The notes under the pieces were generated by a model. That model saw nothing but the letters and a program-made list of their open reading frames with translations, made no database searches and was not told the DNA's origin. Source: an uncultured Gammaproteobacteria bacterium (lineage in GTDB: Bacteria; Patescibacteriota; Patescibacteriia; UBA11705; JABHMO01). Taken from it: 64,000 nucleotides of DNA. Shown one piece after another: positions 46,861 to 56,049 of this stretch (within the stretch, counting starts at the first letter, position 1; every line of letters starts with the position of its first letter). Where the stretch lies: positions 76,768-140,767 of the forward strand of contig CAZPYM010000001.1 of assembly GCA_964590105.1 (NCBI GenBank), read 5' to 3'. Made by a program: the position numbers and the translations under genes.

Positions 46861-47559
46861 ATGGCAAAAATTAGATTAAATAAATATATTGCAGATTGCG
46901 GAATAGCTTCGCGCCGGAGTGCGGAGCGTTTTATATTACAAGGGTTAGTAAAAGTAAATGGAGATTTGGTAACAGAACTTGGGACAAAGATTGACGTGGA
47001 AAATGACCGCGTCGAAGTCAGCGATCAACTAATCAACCAATCAACCAATCAACCAGTTGTCCTGATGCTGAATAAACCGGCCGGTTATGTTTGTACATCA
47101 AGAAAATTTAAAGGTGAGAAAAATATTTTGGATTTAATTAATCTCGAACAGCGGGTTTATCCTGTCGGTCGTCTGGATAAGGATTCAACAGGCCTCCTGC
47201 TCCTGACCAACGACGGCGATTTGGCTTTGAAATTAACGCACCCTCGTTACGAAAAGGAAAAAGAGTATGAAGTGGAAGTTGATCATGAGATTAGCAGTGA
47301 ATTTATCGATGAAATGCAACAGGGCGTCACGTTGGAGGACGGAACAACCTTGCCGGCAAAGGTAAAACAGCTTTCTTATACTGCGTTTTCAATTGTTTTG
47401 GGACAGGGAAAAAAACGGCAGATCAGGCGGATGTGCCAGGAACTTGGGTACCGGGTAGTGGGATTAAATCGAGTCCGTATCAATAAACTGGAGCTCGGAG
47501 ATTTGGCTGTCGGCGATTATCGGATTTTATCGGAAAAAGAAATTGCTTTATTAAAATAG
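46861..47559 (+). CDS. RsuA/RluB-family 16S/23S rRNA pseudouridine synthase
   Basis: S4 domain N-terminus and the catalytic GRLDKDSTGLLLLTNDG motif. Confidence 0.75.
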   Translation: MAKIRLNKYIADCGIASRRSAERFILQGLVKVNGDLVTELGTKIDVENDRVEVSDQLINQSTNQPVVLMLNKPAGYVCTSRKFKGEKNILDLINLEQRVYPVGRLDKDSTGLLLLTNDGDLALKLTHPRYEKEKEYEVEVDHEISSEFIDEMQQGVTLEDGTTLPAKVKQLSYTAFSIVLGQGKKRQIRRMCQELGYRVVGLNRVRINKLELGDLAVGDYRILSEKEIALLK

Positions 47560-47661
47560 AGAGAGAGACTTTGGAATAAAAACAGCAAGAAGCGCCCCAT
47601 CCCGGCGATTTTTTTATTAAATGTTTTTTTGTGTTATAATGTATTCGGAATTAAAAACAAA

Positions 47662-49440
47662 ATGCAAAAACAAAAACCAAAATCCAAAAATCTTTTGCAA
47701 GGTTTAATGTTCGTGTTGCAAAAATTGTACGGACTTATTAAAGGGTTTCGTAAATATTTTGCTGTTGGTTTGATACTGGGGCTGGTAATAGAAGTTTTGC
47801 GGCTGATCGAGCAGTATTTGTTCAAGGGCGTGGTTGATTTTTTTGCCCAGCTTTCAGAACAGACAAGTTTTGAGAAATTGTTTTATCTGATCGGCGGCAT
47901 GGCGGCAATGTATTTTTCAATGAGCTTTCTGCAGTTCATTACAAACTTGATAATTGTAAGGGCGGAGGTCAGAGTCGGGCATTATTTATCCCTAGTCGTT
48001 TTTCGCAAGCATTTAGATTTATCATTAGCTTATCATGAAAAAGAAAATACCGGTGCTAAGTTAAATAAGATCCAGAACGGTATAGAAAGCGTTAATCGCA
48101 TTCTGGATCGACTGATGTGGGACTGCGCGCCAGCAATTTTGCGCGTGATTGCCAGTTTTGTTTTTTTGGTTTTTATTGACTGGCGCATGGCAATTGTGTT
48201 TTTGATTGTTATTCCGTTATTTGTTTTAACAACTTTAAGGATGAATGCCCGAGTCAATCCCTTGCGTCAGGGAATCAGACTCGGTTTTGAAAAAGTTTAT
48301 GGCGGTTTTGGGCAGGCAATATACAATATTAAGACCGTAAAAGCCTTTGTGCAGGAGAATCGGGAAAAAAACAGAGCAAAATTAGGTGTCCTAGATATTA
48401 TCAAAAAGCAGTTGCGATTTTTTAAAACAATGTTCAGCGTAAATTTGTTGCGAGATATTATTATTGCTGTTGGTAATATTTTGGTTGTCACTGCCAGTGC
48501 TTTTCTGGCTTATCGGGCCGAGATCACGCCCGGCGAGCTGGTGCTTTTTATCAGCGTGGCTGTAAGTACTTATTATTCTTTGTATGGTTTGACTCGAGTA
48601 TTTGATAATATTATGGACGCGAAAGTCGGCGTGGAGAGAATGTTTGAGGTTTTGGACAGCAAAGACGAGATTGCGGAAGAAAAATCAGCGTTGAAAATTG
48701 ATTTGCGCGGAGAAATTGAATTTAAAAATGTTAGTTTTGACTACGGCGACGGCAAGGTTATCAAAAATATCAATCTAAAAATTAATCCGGGTGAAATTGT
48801 CGCTTTTGTCGGGCCGTCAGGCGGTGGAAAATCAACCATAGTAAAGTTATTGTACCGATATTATGATGTTCAGCATGGTTCAATATTAATTGACGGCGAG
48901 CCGATTGAAAAACTTAATGTAAAAAATTATCGTTCTCAACTGGGCATTGTTAATCAAGATATTGATATTTTTAATGATACGATAAAGGCAAATATTGCCT
49001 ATGGCCGCCCGAGAGCAGGCCTGAAGCAAATTAAGTATGCGGCAAAAATTGCCAATGCTGATGAATTTATAAATAAGTTCAAGAAAAAATACGACACAGT
49101 CGTTGGCGAGCGCGGCATAAAGCTTTCCGGCGGGCAAAAGCAGCGAGTGGGGATTGCCAGAGCGGTTTTGGTTGATCCCAAAATTTTGATATTTGATGAA
49201 GCTACCAGTTCACTCGACGCGGGGTCAGAAAAAATGATTCAGCAGGCGATCCGGCGGGTAATCCGCGGCCGGACAACGATTATTATTGCTCATCGCCTGT
49301 CAACAGTAAAAAACGCTGACCGCATCGTTGTTATTGACAAGGGTAGAATCGCGGAGCAGGGCACTCACAAGCAGCTGATTGTTCGCGGAGGAATTTACAA
49401 AAAATTGGTAAAATTGCAAATCAGTGGATATTTGGATTAG
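47662..49440 (+). CDS. ABC exporter, fused permease-ATPase (MsbA/lipid-export-like)
   Basis: Six-TM domain plus NBD with GPSGGGKST, LSGGQKQR and ILIFDEATSSLD. The start is moved downstream of the TATAAT at 47635..47640; an intrinsic terminator lies at 47592..47616. Confidence 0.8.
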   Translation: MQKQKPKSKNLLQGLMFVLQKLYGLIKGFRKYFAVGLILGLVIEVLRLIEQYLFKGVVDFFAQLSEQTSFEKLFYLIGGMAAMYFSMSFLQFITNLIIVRAEVRVGHYLSLVVFRKHLDLSLAYHEKENTGAKLNKIQNGIESVNRILDRLMWDCAPAILRVIASFVFLVFIDWRMAIVFLIVIPLFVLTTLRMNARVNPLRQGIRLGFEKVYGGFGQAIYNIKTVKAFVQENREKNRAKLGVLDIIKKQLRFFKTMFSVNLLRDIIIAVGNILVVTASAFLAYRAEITPGELVLFISVAVSTYYSLYGLTRVFDNIMDAKVGVERMFEVLDSKDEIAEEKSALKIDLRGEIEFKNVSFDYGDGKVIKNINLKINPGEIVAFVGPSGGGKSTIVKLLYRYYDVQHGSILIDGEPIEKLNVKNYRSQLGIVNQDIDIFNDTIKANIAYGRPRAGLKQIKYAAKIANADEFINKFKKKYDTVVGERGIKLSGGQKQRVGIARAVLVDPKILIFDEATSSLDAGSEKMIQQAIRRVIRGRTTIIIAHRLSTVKNADRIVVIDKGRIAEQGTHKQLIVRGGIYKKLVKLQISGYLD

Positions 49441-49483
49441 GCATATTAACTTAATTTTGTTATAATTCAATAGTAATTAATTA

Positions 49484-50698
49484 ATGGAAATTAATAATAT
49501 GAGCCTAGAGTTTATTCAGGCAAATTGGCCCTATTTGGTTTTATTTTTAATTGGATTAATATTACTTTGGAAATTTCGCAAAGATATTATTCCCAAAGGC
49601 GGATTTAAAATCGGCGGCGGCAAGGTTTCATCAAAGCAGGTATTGAGCTTGTACACTACGGACATGACGGCCAAAGCCCGAGACGGCGGCATTGATCCGG
49701 TGATCGGCAGGGAAGAGGAAATTGAACGCGTAGTGCAGATACTCAGCCGGCGCAAGAAAAACAATCCTTTGCTCATTGGCGCGGCCGGAGTGGGCAAGAC
49801 CGCGATTGTTGAGGGGCTGGCTCTCCGAATCGTTACCAGTGATATTCCGAGCTCGCTTCGCAATAAAAAGGTCTTGGCCTTAAATTTGGCTGACATGATC
49901 GGCGGGACAAAATACCGCGGTGAATTTGAAGAGCGGGTAAAACAATTAGTTGATGAAATAATTACCCAGCGCCGGAATATTATTTTATTTATTGACGAAA
50001 TTCATACATTGGTGCAAACTAAAGGAACAGAAGGCGCCATGAATGTCGGAGATATTTTGAAGCCGGCTCTGGCGCGCGGCGAGTTGCAGGCAATCGGCGC
50101 CACTACGCTTGACGAATATGAAGAGTATTTTAAAAAAGACGATGCTTTGGCGCGCCGTTTTCAATTGGTTGAAGTTGACGAGCCGACACCTGAAGAGACG
50201 GTCAGTATTTTAAAAGGCATAAAAAAAGATTATGAAGATCATCATCAGGTTGAGTTTAGCGACGAGGCAATCGACGCCGCCGTGGATCTGTCGAACAAAT
50301 ATATAAAAGGAAGGCTATTGCCGGACAAAGCCATTGATCTCATGGATGAAGCCGGCGCTATGGTCAATCTAAAAGCCTATGACCTGCCAAATCATGCGCT
50401 AAAACTAATGCGCGCGGCCGCCGATGAAGTTCACGCTCAGATCGCCAGCGCGCCCGTAACAATACGGGGTTTGTTGCAGCATTTGGAAGAGTTAAAAGAA
50501 GAAGCAGAGAAAACAGAAGATGAAGAATTAACAAAAAAAATAAAACAGGAGATGATCAAGCTGACTGCGGAAATTCAGGACTTGGAAGCAAAGCACGAAA
50601 CCTCAAAATATGCGGATAAAAAACCGATAGTGAAGGCTTCTGATGTGAAAAAAGTTATTGCCGGATGGCTAAATGTGGCAATAGAAAAAATTCAATAA
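49484..50698 (+). CDS. membrane-anchored ClpB/ClpC-like fragment: N-terminal TM helix, an intact D1 AAA+ module and a coiled-coil, ending where D2 would begin
   Basis: TM (WPYLVLFLIGLILLW); D1 with Walker A GAAGVGKTA and Walker B ILFIDEIH; the C-terminal …KKPIVKASDVKKVIAGWLNV resembles the start of D2, then a stop codon. Confidence 0.6.
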   Translation: MEINNMSLEFIQANWPYLVLFLIGLILLWKFRKDIIPKGGFKIGGGKVSSKQVLSLYTTDMTAKARDGGIDPVIGREEEIERVVQILSRRKKNNPLLIGAAGVGKTAIVEGLALRIVTSDIPSSLRNKKVLALNLADMIGGTKYRGEFEERVKQLVDEIITQRRNIILFIDEIHTLVQTKGTEGAMNVGDILKPALARGELQAIGATTLDEYEEYFKKDDALARRFQLVEVDEPTPEETVSILKGIKKDYEDHHQVEFSDEAIDAAVDLSNKYIKGRLLPDKAIDLMDEAGAMVNLKAYDLPNHALKLMRAAADEVHAQIASAPVTIRGLLQHLEELKEEAEKTEDEELTKKIKQEMIKLTAEIQDLEAKHETSKYADKKPIVKASDVKKVIAGWLNVAIEKIQ

Positions 50699-50709
50699 GA
50701 AGAAAACTT

Positions 50710-51492
50710 ATGCAAACAGTCACAAAAGTGAAAAGCAAAATAAGCGTTAAACAAAAAGTGGCGATCGCGGTCGGCACGCTGGCTCTATTGGCCGGGCTTG
50801 GCGGGCTATTGAATGCAATGGGGCAGGCTCGTGGCTATGGCTTTGGCTGGCCGGCGGTAAGACGACCTATTTCAAAGAGCGCCGTTACTGTCAAGCAGAG
50901 TAATGAAAAACCTACTCAACCGAGCAGAATACAAAAAGGTCTAGTGGCTGAAACTTCTCCTTCGAAAGAAGAAAAAACAGTACAGCCGCAAAATGAACCG
51001 TCAGGTTCCGGACAGACAACAGAGATACCAAAAACAACAGAAGAACAACCGGCGACAACGGTTTCGGTGGAAAATTGTATTAATATAATTGATGATGATA
51101 AAAACGGTTTAACAGATTGTGATGATTTATATTGTTATACCCGCGACTTGGCGCCAATGAATATTTGTTACGGCGAAAATGGTCAAGACAAGGTTCTGAT
51201 TGTCGGAACTAATTATGGATTTATTGATTCGACATCGATTAAGGCTGATTATAAAACAAATGTTCCATATGTTTCTGGTATGGCCGCCTGCGTTTCGGCT
51301 TATAATAAGGCCTGTGTGTATATTGAGCAGTATGTTGCTAACCAGTGGCAGAAGAATACTGGACTCAATTGTTCGGATCAGATTACGCAGTCAAATTTTA
51401 ATCTGAACGAAATTTATCGAGCGGTTTGCCAGGGGCTCGACGCTGAAACCCCTGATTCACCGATTGTGCTTCCAGGAGTAATTAAAAATTAA
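50710..51492 (+). CDS. membrane-anchored Cys-rich protein, paralogue A of a tandem pair
   Basis: N-terminus TKVKSKISVKQKVAIAVGTLALLAGLGGLLNAMGQARGYGFGWP, then a Cys-rich domain. Confidence 0.5.
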   Translation: MQTVTKVKSKISVKQKVAIAVGTLALLAGLGGLLNAMGQARGYGFGWPAVRRPISKSAVTVKQSNEKPTQPSRIQKGLVAETSPSKEEKTVQPQNEPSGSGQTTEIPKTTEEQPATTVSVENCINIIDDDKNGLTDCDDLYCYTRDLAPMNICYGENGQDKVLIVGTNYGFIDSTSIKADYKTNVPYVSGMAACVSAYNKACVYIEQYVANQWQKNTGLNCSDQITQSNFNLNEIYRAVCQGLDAETPDSPIVLPGVIKN

Positions 51493-51503
51493 AATATTTT
51501 CGT

Positions 51504-51770
51504 ATGTTTACACAAGTAAAAACAAAGACGCGCCAAAAAGTTGTTTTGGCAATTGGAGTGGTGGCCTTATTGGCCGGACTTGGAGGATTTATGAGTGCTC
51601 TCGGCCATGCCCGAGGATTTGGATTTGGCTGGCCGATCAAAAGAGTACCATTGCTACTGCAAAAGAAAACAATGCTGCCGGCGTATGATGAAAGCAGGCT
51701 ATGCACGATCCGATCGAGCACCGGCGGAACAATCAAAGTTCCTTGCAGCAGTATCAAAAAAACAGAATAA
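51504..51770 (+). CDS. short paralogue B (possibly a truncated or decaying copy)
   Basis: N-terminus TQVKTKTRQKVVLAIGVVALLAGLGGFMSALGHARGFGFGWP is homologous to paralogue A at protein and DNA level; only 88 aa. Confidence 0.4.
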   Translation: MFTQVKTKTRQKVVLAIGVVALLAGLGGFMSALGHARGFGFGWPIKRVPLLLQKKTMLPAYDESRLCTIRSSTGGTIKVPCSSIKKTE

Positions 51771-51782
51771 TAAAAAGGTGAA

Positions 51783-53240
51783 TTGATTATGAACTACGGT
51801 ATTCGAAAAAAAATATTATACCTTACGATTTTGGGGATGGCTGGTGCCATTCCCTTTGTGTTTAATCCTTTTGGCTTTTTCAGATATGAAGTTGAAAAAA
51901 TTTATTTGTTCCGCTTAATTGTCAGCCTAATGTTTGCCGGCTGGCTGGTTTGGATGGGAAGTTTAAAAAACATCCGGACTTGGCTTTGGCAATGGGCGAG
52001 TGAAGTAAAGTTTTTTGATGTGGAGCTGTGGCAGATTTTTTTGCTGGCGGCGTATGGGCTCGCCACAACTCTTTCCATTTCGCCAGCGGACAGTTTCTGG
52101 GGGTTGCCTGATCGCGAGTTTGGCCTGATAACAGTTGCCGGATTGATACTGTTTTTTTGGCTAGGCCGGGGAATATTCAATCGGGTCAGGCAGGTTGAAT
52201 CTTTATGTTTGGTGATTTTAATATTCAGTTCTCTAATCAGCCTCTATGCCGTATTGCAAAAATTCGGCCTGGAATTTATTTCGGACGCCCGAATTGTTAC
52301 GCTTGGCACTGATAAAACAGTGATCCGACCGCTAGCCACGCTCGGTCATCCCAATTATTTGGGCGCCTATCTGGCCATGGTTTTTCCGTTCATTTTATTT
52401 TATTACGCGCGTGTTAAAAAAAAATGGCTGAAAATTATCATTCCCTTGATAATGATTGTTCATTTGGCGGCGCTTTACTTCACTCTAAACCGCGGCGGCT
52501 GGCTGGCGGGCATGGCTGGAATATTATGTTTTTTAATTTTTTATTCAATAAAAATAAAACAGCCGAAAAGAGTTGCCGTTCTTTCAATTGCCATGCTTGT
52601 AGTGATCGCCATGTTTTTTACCGGATTTTTCGGGTTTGGCGGCGACAAAAGGACCAAGGATTTGACCATTGAAGGCGGTTCTATGTATGTGCGGATTCAG
52701 GAGTATAAATATGCCCTGACAAAAATTATTGAAAAACCTTTGCTTGGCTATGGCCCGGAAACTTATATGTATCTGGCTATGAATCGTGAATACACGGAAA
52801 AAGAATTGCAAATTGATGACCGTTTGAGCGACCGTGTGCATAATATTTTTTTGGATATGGCCATTAATATTGGTTTAATTGGCTTGATAATCTTCATCGG
52901 GATATTTATAAAAATGTTTTCAACGGCCTGGAAAAAAATTCAGTCGGAAGTTCAAGGTTCCGGCCGCCTGGTCTATATTGCGGCGGGAAGTTCTCTCATC
53001 GCTTATCTGGTTGAAGTGCAGTTTCATTTTGACACTATTGTAACTTCGATTTTTGTGGCTGTTAATTTTATTCTAATTTACGCTAATTTTTCTAAAAATA
53101 AACTTAAAGACGCTGATGATTTTCAACCGGCAAAAATTAGCCTGCCGGTTTGGTGTCTGGCGGCAATAGTTTTGATTATCAGCATATACTTAAATATCGG
53201 CGCCATGATTTGGAATGTTATTGGCTATAAATGGCGGTGA
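51783..53240 (+). CDS. O-antigen ligase-like (Wzy_C/RfaL family) polytopic membrane protein
   Basis: More than 10 TM helices; periplasmic loop with HNIFLDMAINIGLIG-type motif. Confidence 0.55.
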   Translation: MIMNYGIRKKILYLTILGMAGAIPFVFNPFGFFRYEVEKIYLFRLIVSLMFAGWLVWMGSLKNIRTWLWQWASEVKFFDVELWQIFLLAAYGLATTLSISPADSFWGLPDREFGLITVAGLILFFWLGRGIFNRVRQVESLCLVILIFSSLISLYAVLQKFGLEFISDARIVTLGTDKTVIRPLATLGHPNYLGAYLAMVFPFILFYYARVKKKWLKIIIPLIMIVHLAALYFTLNRGGWLAGMAGILCFLIFYSIKIKQPKRVAVLSIAMLVVIAMFFTGFFGFGGDKRTKDLTIEGGSMYVRIQEYKYALTKIIEKPLLGYGPETYMYLAMNREYTEKELQIDDRLSDRVHNIFLDMAINIGLIGLIIFIGIFIKMFSTAWKKIQSEVQGSGRLVYIAAGSSLIAYLVEVQFHFDTIVTSIFVAVNFILIYANFSKNKLKDADDFQPAKISLPVWCLAAIVLIISIYLNIGAMIWNVIGYKWR

Positions 53241-53403
53241 AACATTAAATTTGCTATAATATAAAAATGCGGATTTAACGGAGGAGACGCGGATTTAACG
53301 GATGAAAAATTTATTGTGAGTTTAAGCGCAAGGAAATTGAAAAGTATTAATTGGTTTTTAAAATAAGTTAGTACGCTAAGCTCCGCGTTTATCCGCACTA
53401 ATC

Positions 53404-53417
53404 CGCGAATATTCGCG
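53404..53417. promoter_or_regulatory. perfect 14-bp palindrome CGCGAATATTCGCG abutting the start codon of the beta-CASP RNase gene; candidate operator
   Basis: Palindrome read directly; flanked upstream by GCGGATTTAACGGA ×2 (53268..53303) and by ATCCGC ×2 (53390..53406). Confidence 0.4.
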
Positions 53418-53425
53418 CTATGTAT

Positions 53426-54895
53426 ATGAAGTTAAAATTTTGTGGTGCAGATCAAAACGTTACCGGCTCCCGACATCTCCTCGAGATCAATGGCAAGAAG
53501 ATACTTTTGGATTGCGGGATGTTTCAGGGCGGCGATCGAGAAAAGACGCGCCAGTTGAACGAAGAATTTCTTTTTGAGCCGCAGGAAGTTGATTATCTTT
53601 TGCTTTCGCACGCTCACATTGACCATTGTGGCGCTATTCCGCGGCTGGTTAAGCTTGGTTTCAAAGGAAAAATAATTTCAACCTCAGCCACCCGTGAATT
53701 GACCGAGGTGATGCTACTCGATAGTTCGCACATTCAAATGCAGGACGCGAAATATGCTGGCCGGCATTCGCAAAAAACAGCTGAACCGCTTTATACGGAA
53801 AAAGATGTCAGGGCGGCCATGCAGCTTTTTGAAAGTTATGAATATTTTCAAAAATTCAAATTATGCGAAAACGTCTGGGTGACTTTTTACGACGCCGGTC
53901 ATGTGCTCGGCTCGGCTATAATGGCGCTTGATTTCAAGGATGACGGCGAGCAAAGGCGGCTGGTTTTTACCGGCGATCTTGGCCGCAAATACATGCCGAT
54001 CTTAAATGATCCCTATCAGATTGATCATGCGGATATTTTAATTATTGAGAGCACTTACGCCAGCCATTTGCACGATCCCATTGATTCGGTTTATGAGGAA
54101 ATAACTTGGGCGATCAATGATGTGGTCAAACGCGGCGGCAAAATAATTGTGCCCGGGTTTTCTTTTGAAAGAACGCAGGCGTTTGTTTATGTTTTGCACC
54201 AGCTTTATAATCAGAAGAAAATTCCAAAGATTCCCATTTTTGTGGACAGCCCATTGTCAACGGAAATTTCTGAAGTGTTTGATAAACATCGGGACTATTA
54301 TGACAATGAAACTTTTCGCGATTTTCTCAACAAAAAACAAAGTCCGTTTTATTTTAACGAGATAAAATATACCAAGTCGGTGGAAGAATCCAAAGCGCTC
54401 AATTATTATAATAAGCCGTGCATAATTATTTCCGCCTCCGGTATGTGCGATGCCGGTCGTATTGTGCATCATTTGAAAAATCACATGAGCGACCCAAAAA
54501 ATATGATTTTGGTCATTGGTTTCATGGCTCGTGGCACTCGTGGTCGGCAGATTGTCGAGGGCAAGCCCAGGATCAAGATTTTTGGCGAGCAATATGCTCT
54601 GCGCGCTGACGTGGTGGTTCTAAATTCGTTTTCCGCGCACGCGGATAAGCTAGAGCTGCTCGAATACATCAGAAATATCAGCGATTTAAAAAATATTTTC
54701 GTTGTTCATGGCGAGGAAACCGAATGCGCGGTACTGCGCGACAATATCTATAATATTTTGAAATTAAAATGTCGTGTGGATGTGGTGGATATGGGTGAGG
54801 AGTTTGAAGTAACTTCCAAGGGCACTGAGAGTATGCTCGGCAAACGCAGGAAAAAATATTTTGCTGAAATGGAAAGTTTAAAGCTGAAGACATAG
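53426..54895 (+). CDS. beta-CASP family MBL-fold RNA-metabolising hydrolase (RNase J / CPSF-like)
   Basis: HAHIDHCG metallo-beta-lactamase motif, beta-CASP region and a C-terminal RNA-specificity domain; start could be 53420 or 53426. Confidence 0.7.
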   Translation: MKLKFCGADQNVTGSRHLLEINGKKILLDCGMFQGGDREKTRQLNEEFLFEPQEVDYLLLSHAHIDHCGAIPRLVKLGFKGKIISTSATRELTEVMLLDSSHIQMQDAKYAGRHSQKTAEPLYTEKDVRAAMQLFESYEYFQKFKLCENVWVTFYDAGHVLGSAIMALDFKDDGEQRRLVFTGDLGRKYMPILNDPYQIDHADILIIESTYASHLHDPIDSVYEEITWAINDVVKRGGKIIVPGFSFERTQAFVYVLHQLYNQKKIPKIPIFVDSPLSTEISEVFDKHRDYYDNETFRDFLNKKQSPFYFNEIKYTKSVEESKALNYYNKPCIIISASGMCDAGRIVHHLKNHMSDPKNMILVIGFMARGTRGRQIVEGKPRIKIFGEQYALRADVVVLNSFSAHADKLELLEYIRNISDLKNIFVVHGEETECAVLRDNIYNILKLKCRVDVVDMGEEFEVTSKGTESMLGKRRKKYFAEMESLKLKT

Positions 54896-55059
54896 TTGGT
54901 CGGGAAATTTAATTCGAATAAACATTATAAAGGTGGACGGTTAATTAAGTTTGCGCCAAAGGCGCAGCCACCTATGGCGGAAATTCAGCTAATCTAGTTG
55001 ACCTCCTTTATCTTTTCCTTACTTTTACCTTTTACCTTTTAACTTTCAACTAATTCCGT

Positions 55060-55998
55060 ATGGACAACAACATCACTCAAACCTACCGTGACATCAAGTT
55101 AATCAAAATTCAGGGTGCGACCAATATTGCTCTGGCCGTTGGCAAAGCTTTGAAAAAATATGCCAAGGATTTAACAGCAATAAGCAAGCGCGATTTTGTA
55201 CAGAAAATTTCCAGCGCCGGCAAGTATTTGGTTGGCGCGCGAGACACCGAACCCATGGCTGACAATGTTGTTGAGTTTATTGTTTATCAATTGAACAAAA
55301 CAAAAACGACTGAAGTCAGGGAATTAAAAAGTGTTCTGGCTGATTCAATTGATTATTTTTTTGATTTGGTAAATAAAAATGATTTACAGATTATTAAACA
55401 CGGCGAGCGGTTGATCAAATTCGGCGACAAAGTTTTTACTCATTGCCATTCCTCAACGGTTATGAAGGTTTTGCTGGCCGCTAGAAAAAACAAAAAGCGC
55501 TTTGAAGTTTTTCAAACTGAAACCCGGCCGCTTTATCAGGGGCGCAGAACTGCGGCCGAACTTCTGAAAAATAAGATTAAAGATACTATGGTTGTTGATT
55601 CGGCCGCGCCGTATTTAATCAGCAAAATAAGCGGCCCTAGATTTCAAATTGACAAATTAATAATCGGCTGTGACGCTATCAGCCGCGACGGATCATGCGT
55701 CAATAAGGTCGGCAGTTTCGGCCTGGCGCTCGTGGCTTTTTTGAATAAAGTGCCGGTTTATGTTGTGACGCAAGCTTTGAAAATAAATGAAGAAGCTAAA
55801 AATTTAAAGGCGATTAAAATTGAACAGCGTAGCGCCCGCGAAGTCTGGAATGGCGCGCCGAAAGATTTGAAAATTTATAATCCGGCTTTTGATAAAGTGC
55901 CGGTCGAACTAATTACCGGGTATATTTGCGAATTTGGGGTAGTGAAACCGGAAAACCTGATCAAGAAAATCAAAAAAGATTATAGTTGGTTGTGGTAA
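55060..55998 (+). CDS. ribose-1,5-bisphosphate isomerase (eIF-2B alpha/beta/delta family, e2b2)
   Basis: eIF-2B-like fold with …IIGCDAISRDGSCVNKVGSFGLALVA…; sits in the cluster with RuBisCO III and AMP phosphorylase. Confidence 0.65.
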   Translation: MDNNITQTYRDIKLIKIQGATNIALAVGKALKKYAKDLTAISKRDFVQKISSAGKYLVGARDTEPMADNVVEFIVYQLNKTKTTEVRELKSVLADSIDYFFDLVNKNDLQIIKHGERLIKFGDKVFTHCHSSTVMKVLLAARKNKKRFEVFQTETRPLYQGRRTAAELLKNKIKDTMVVDSAAPYLISKISGPRFQIDKLIIGCDAISRDGSCVNKVGSFGLALVAFLNKVPVYVVTQALKINEEAKNLKAIKIEQRSAREVWNGAPKDLKIYNPAFDKVPVELITGYICEFGVVKPENLIKKIKKDYSWLW

Positions 55999-56049
55999 AA
56001 AAAAGATAAACATTTTTTATTTTACTTTATAATCATTAACTAAAATATT

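Noticed and set aside
47025-47060. CAACCAATCAACCAATCAACCA tandem repeat
   Set aside because: It lies inside the pseudouridine synthase coding sequence and simply encodes a low-complexity linker (…INQSTNQP…). Not a separate element.
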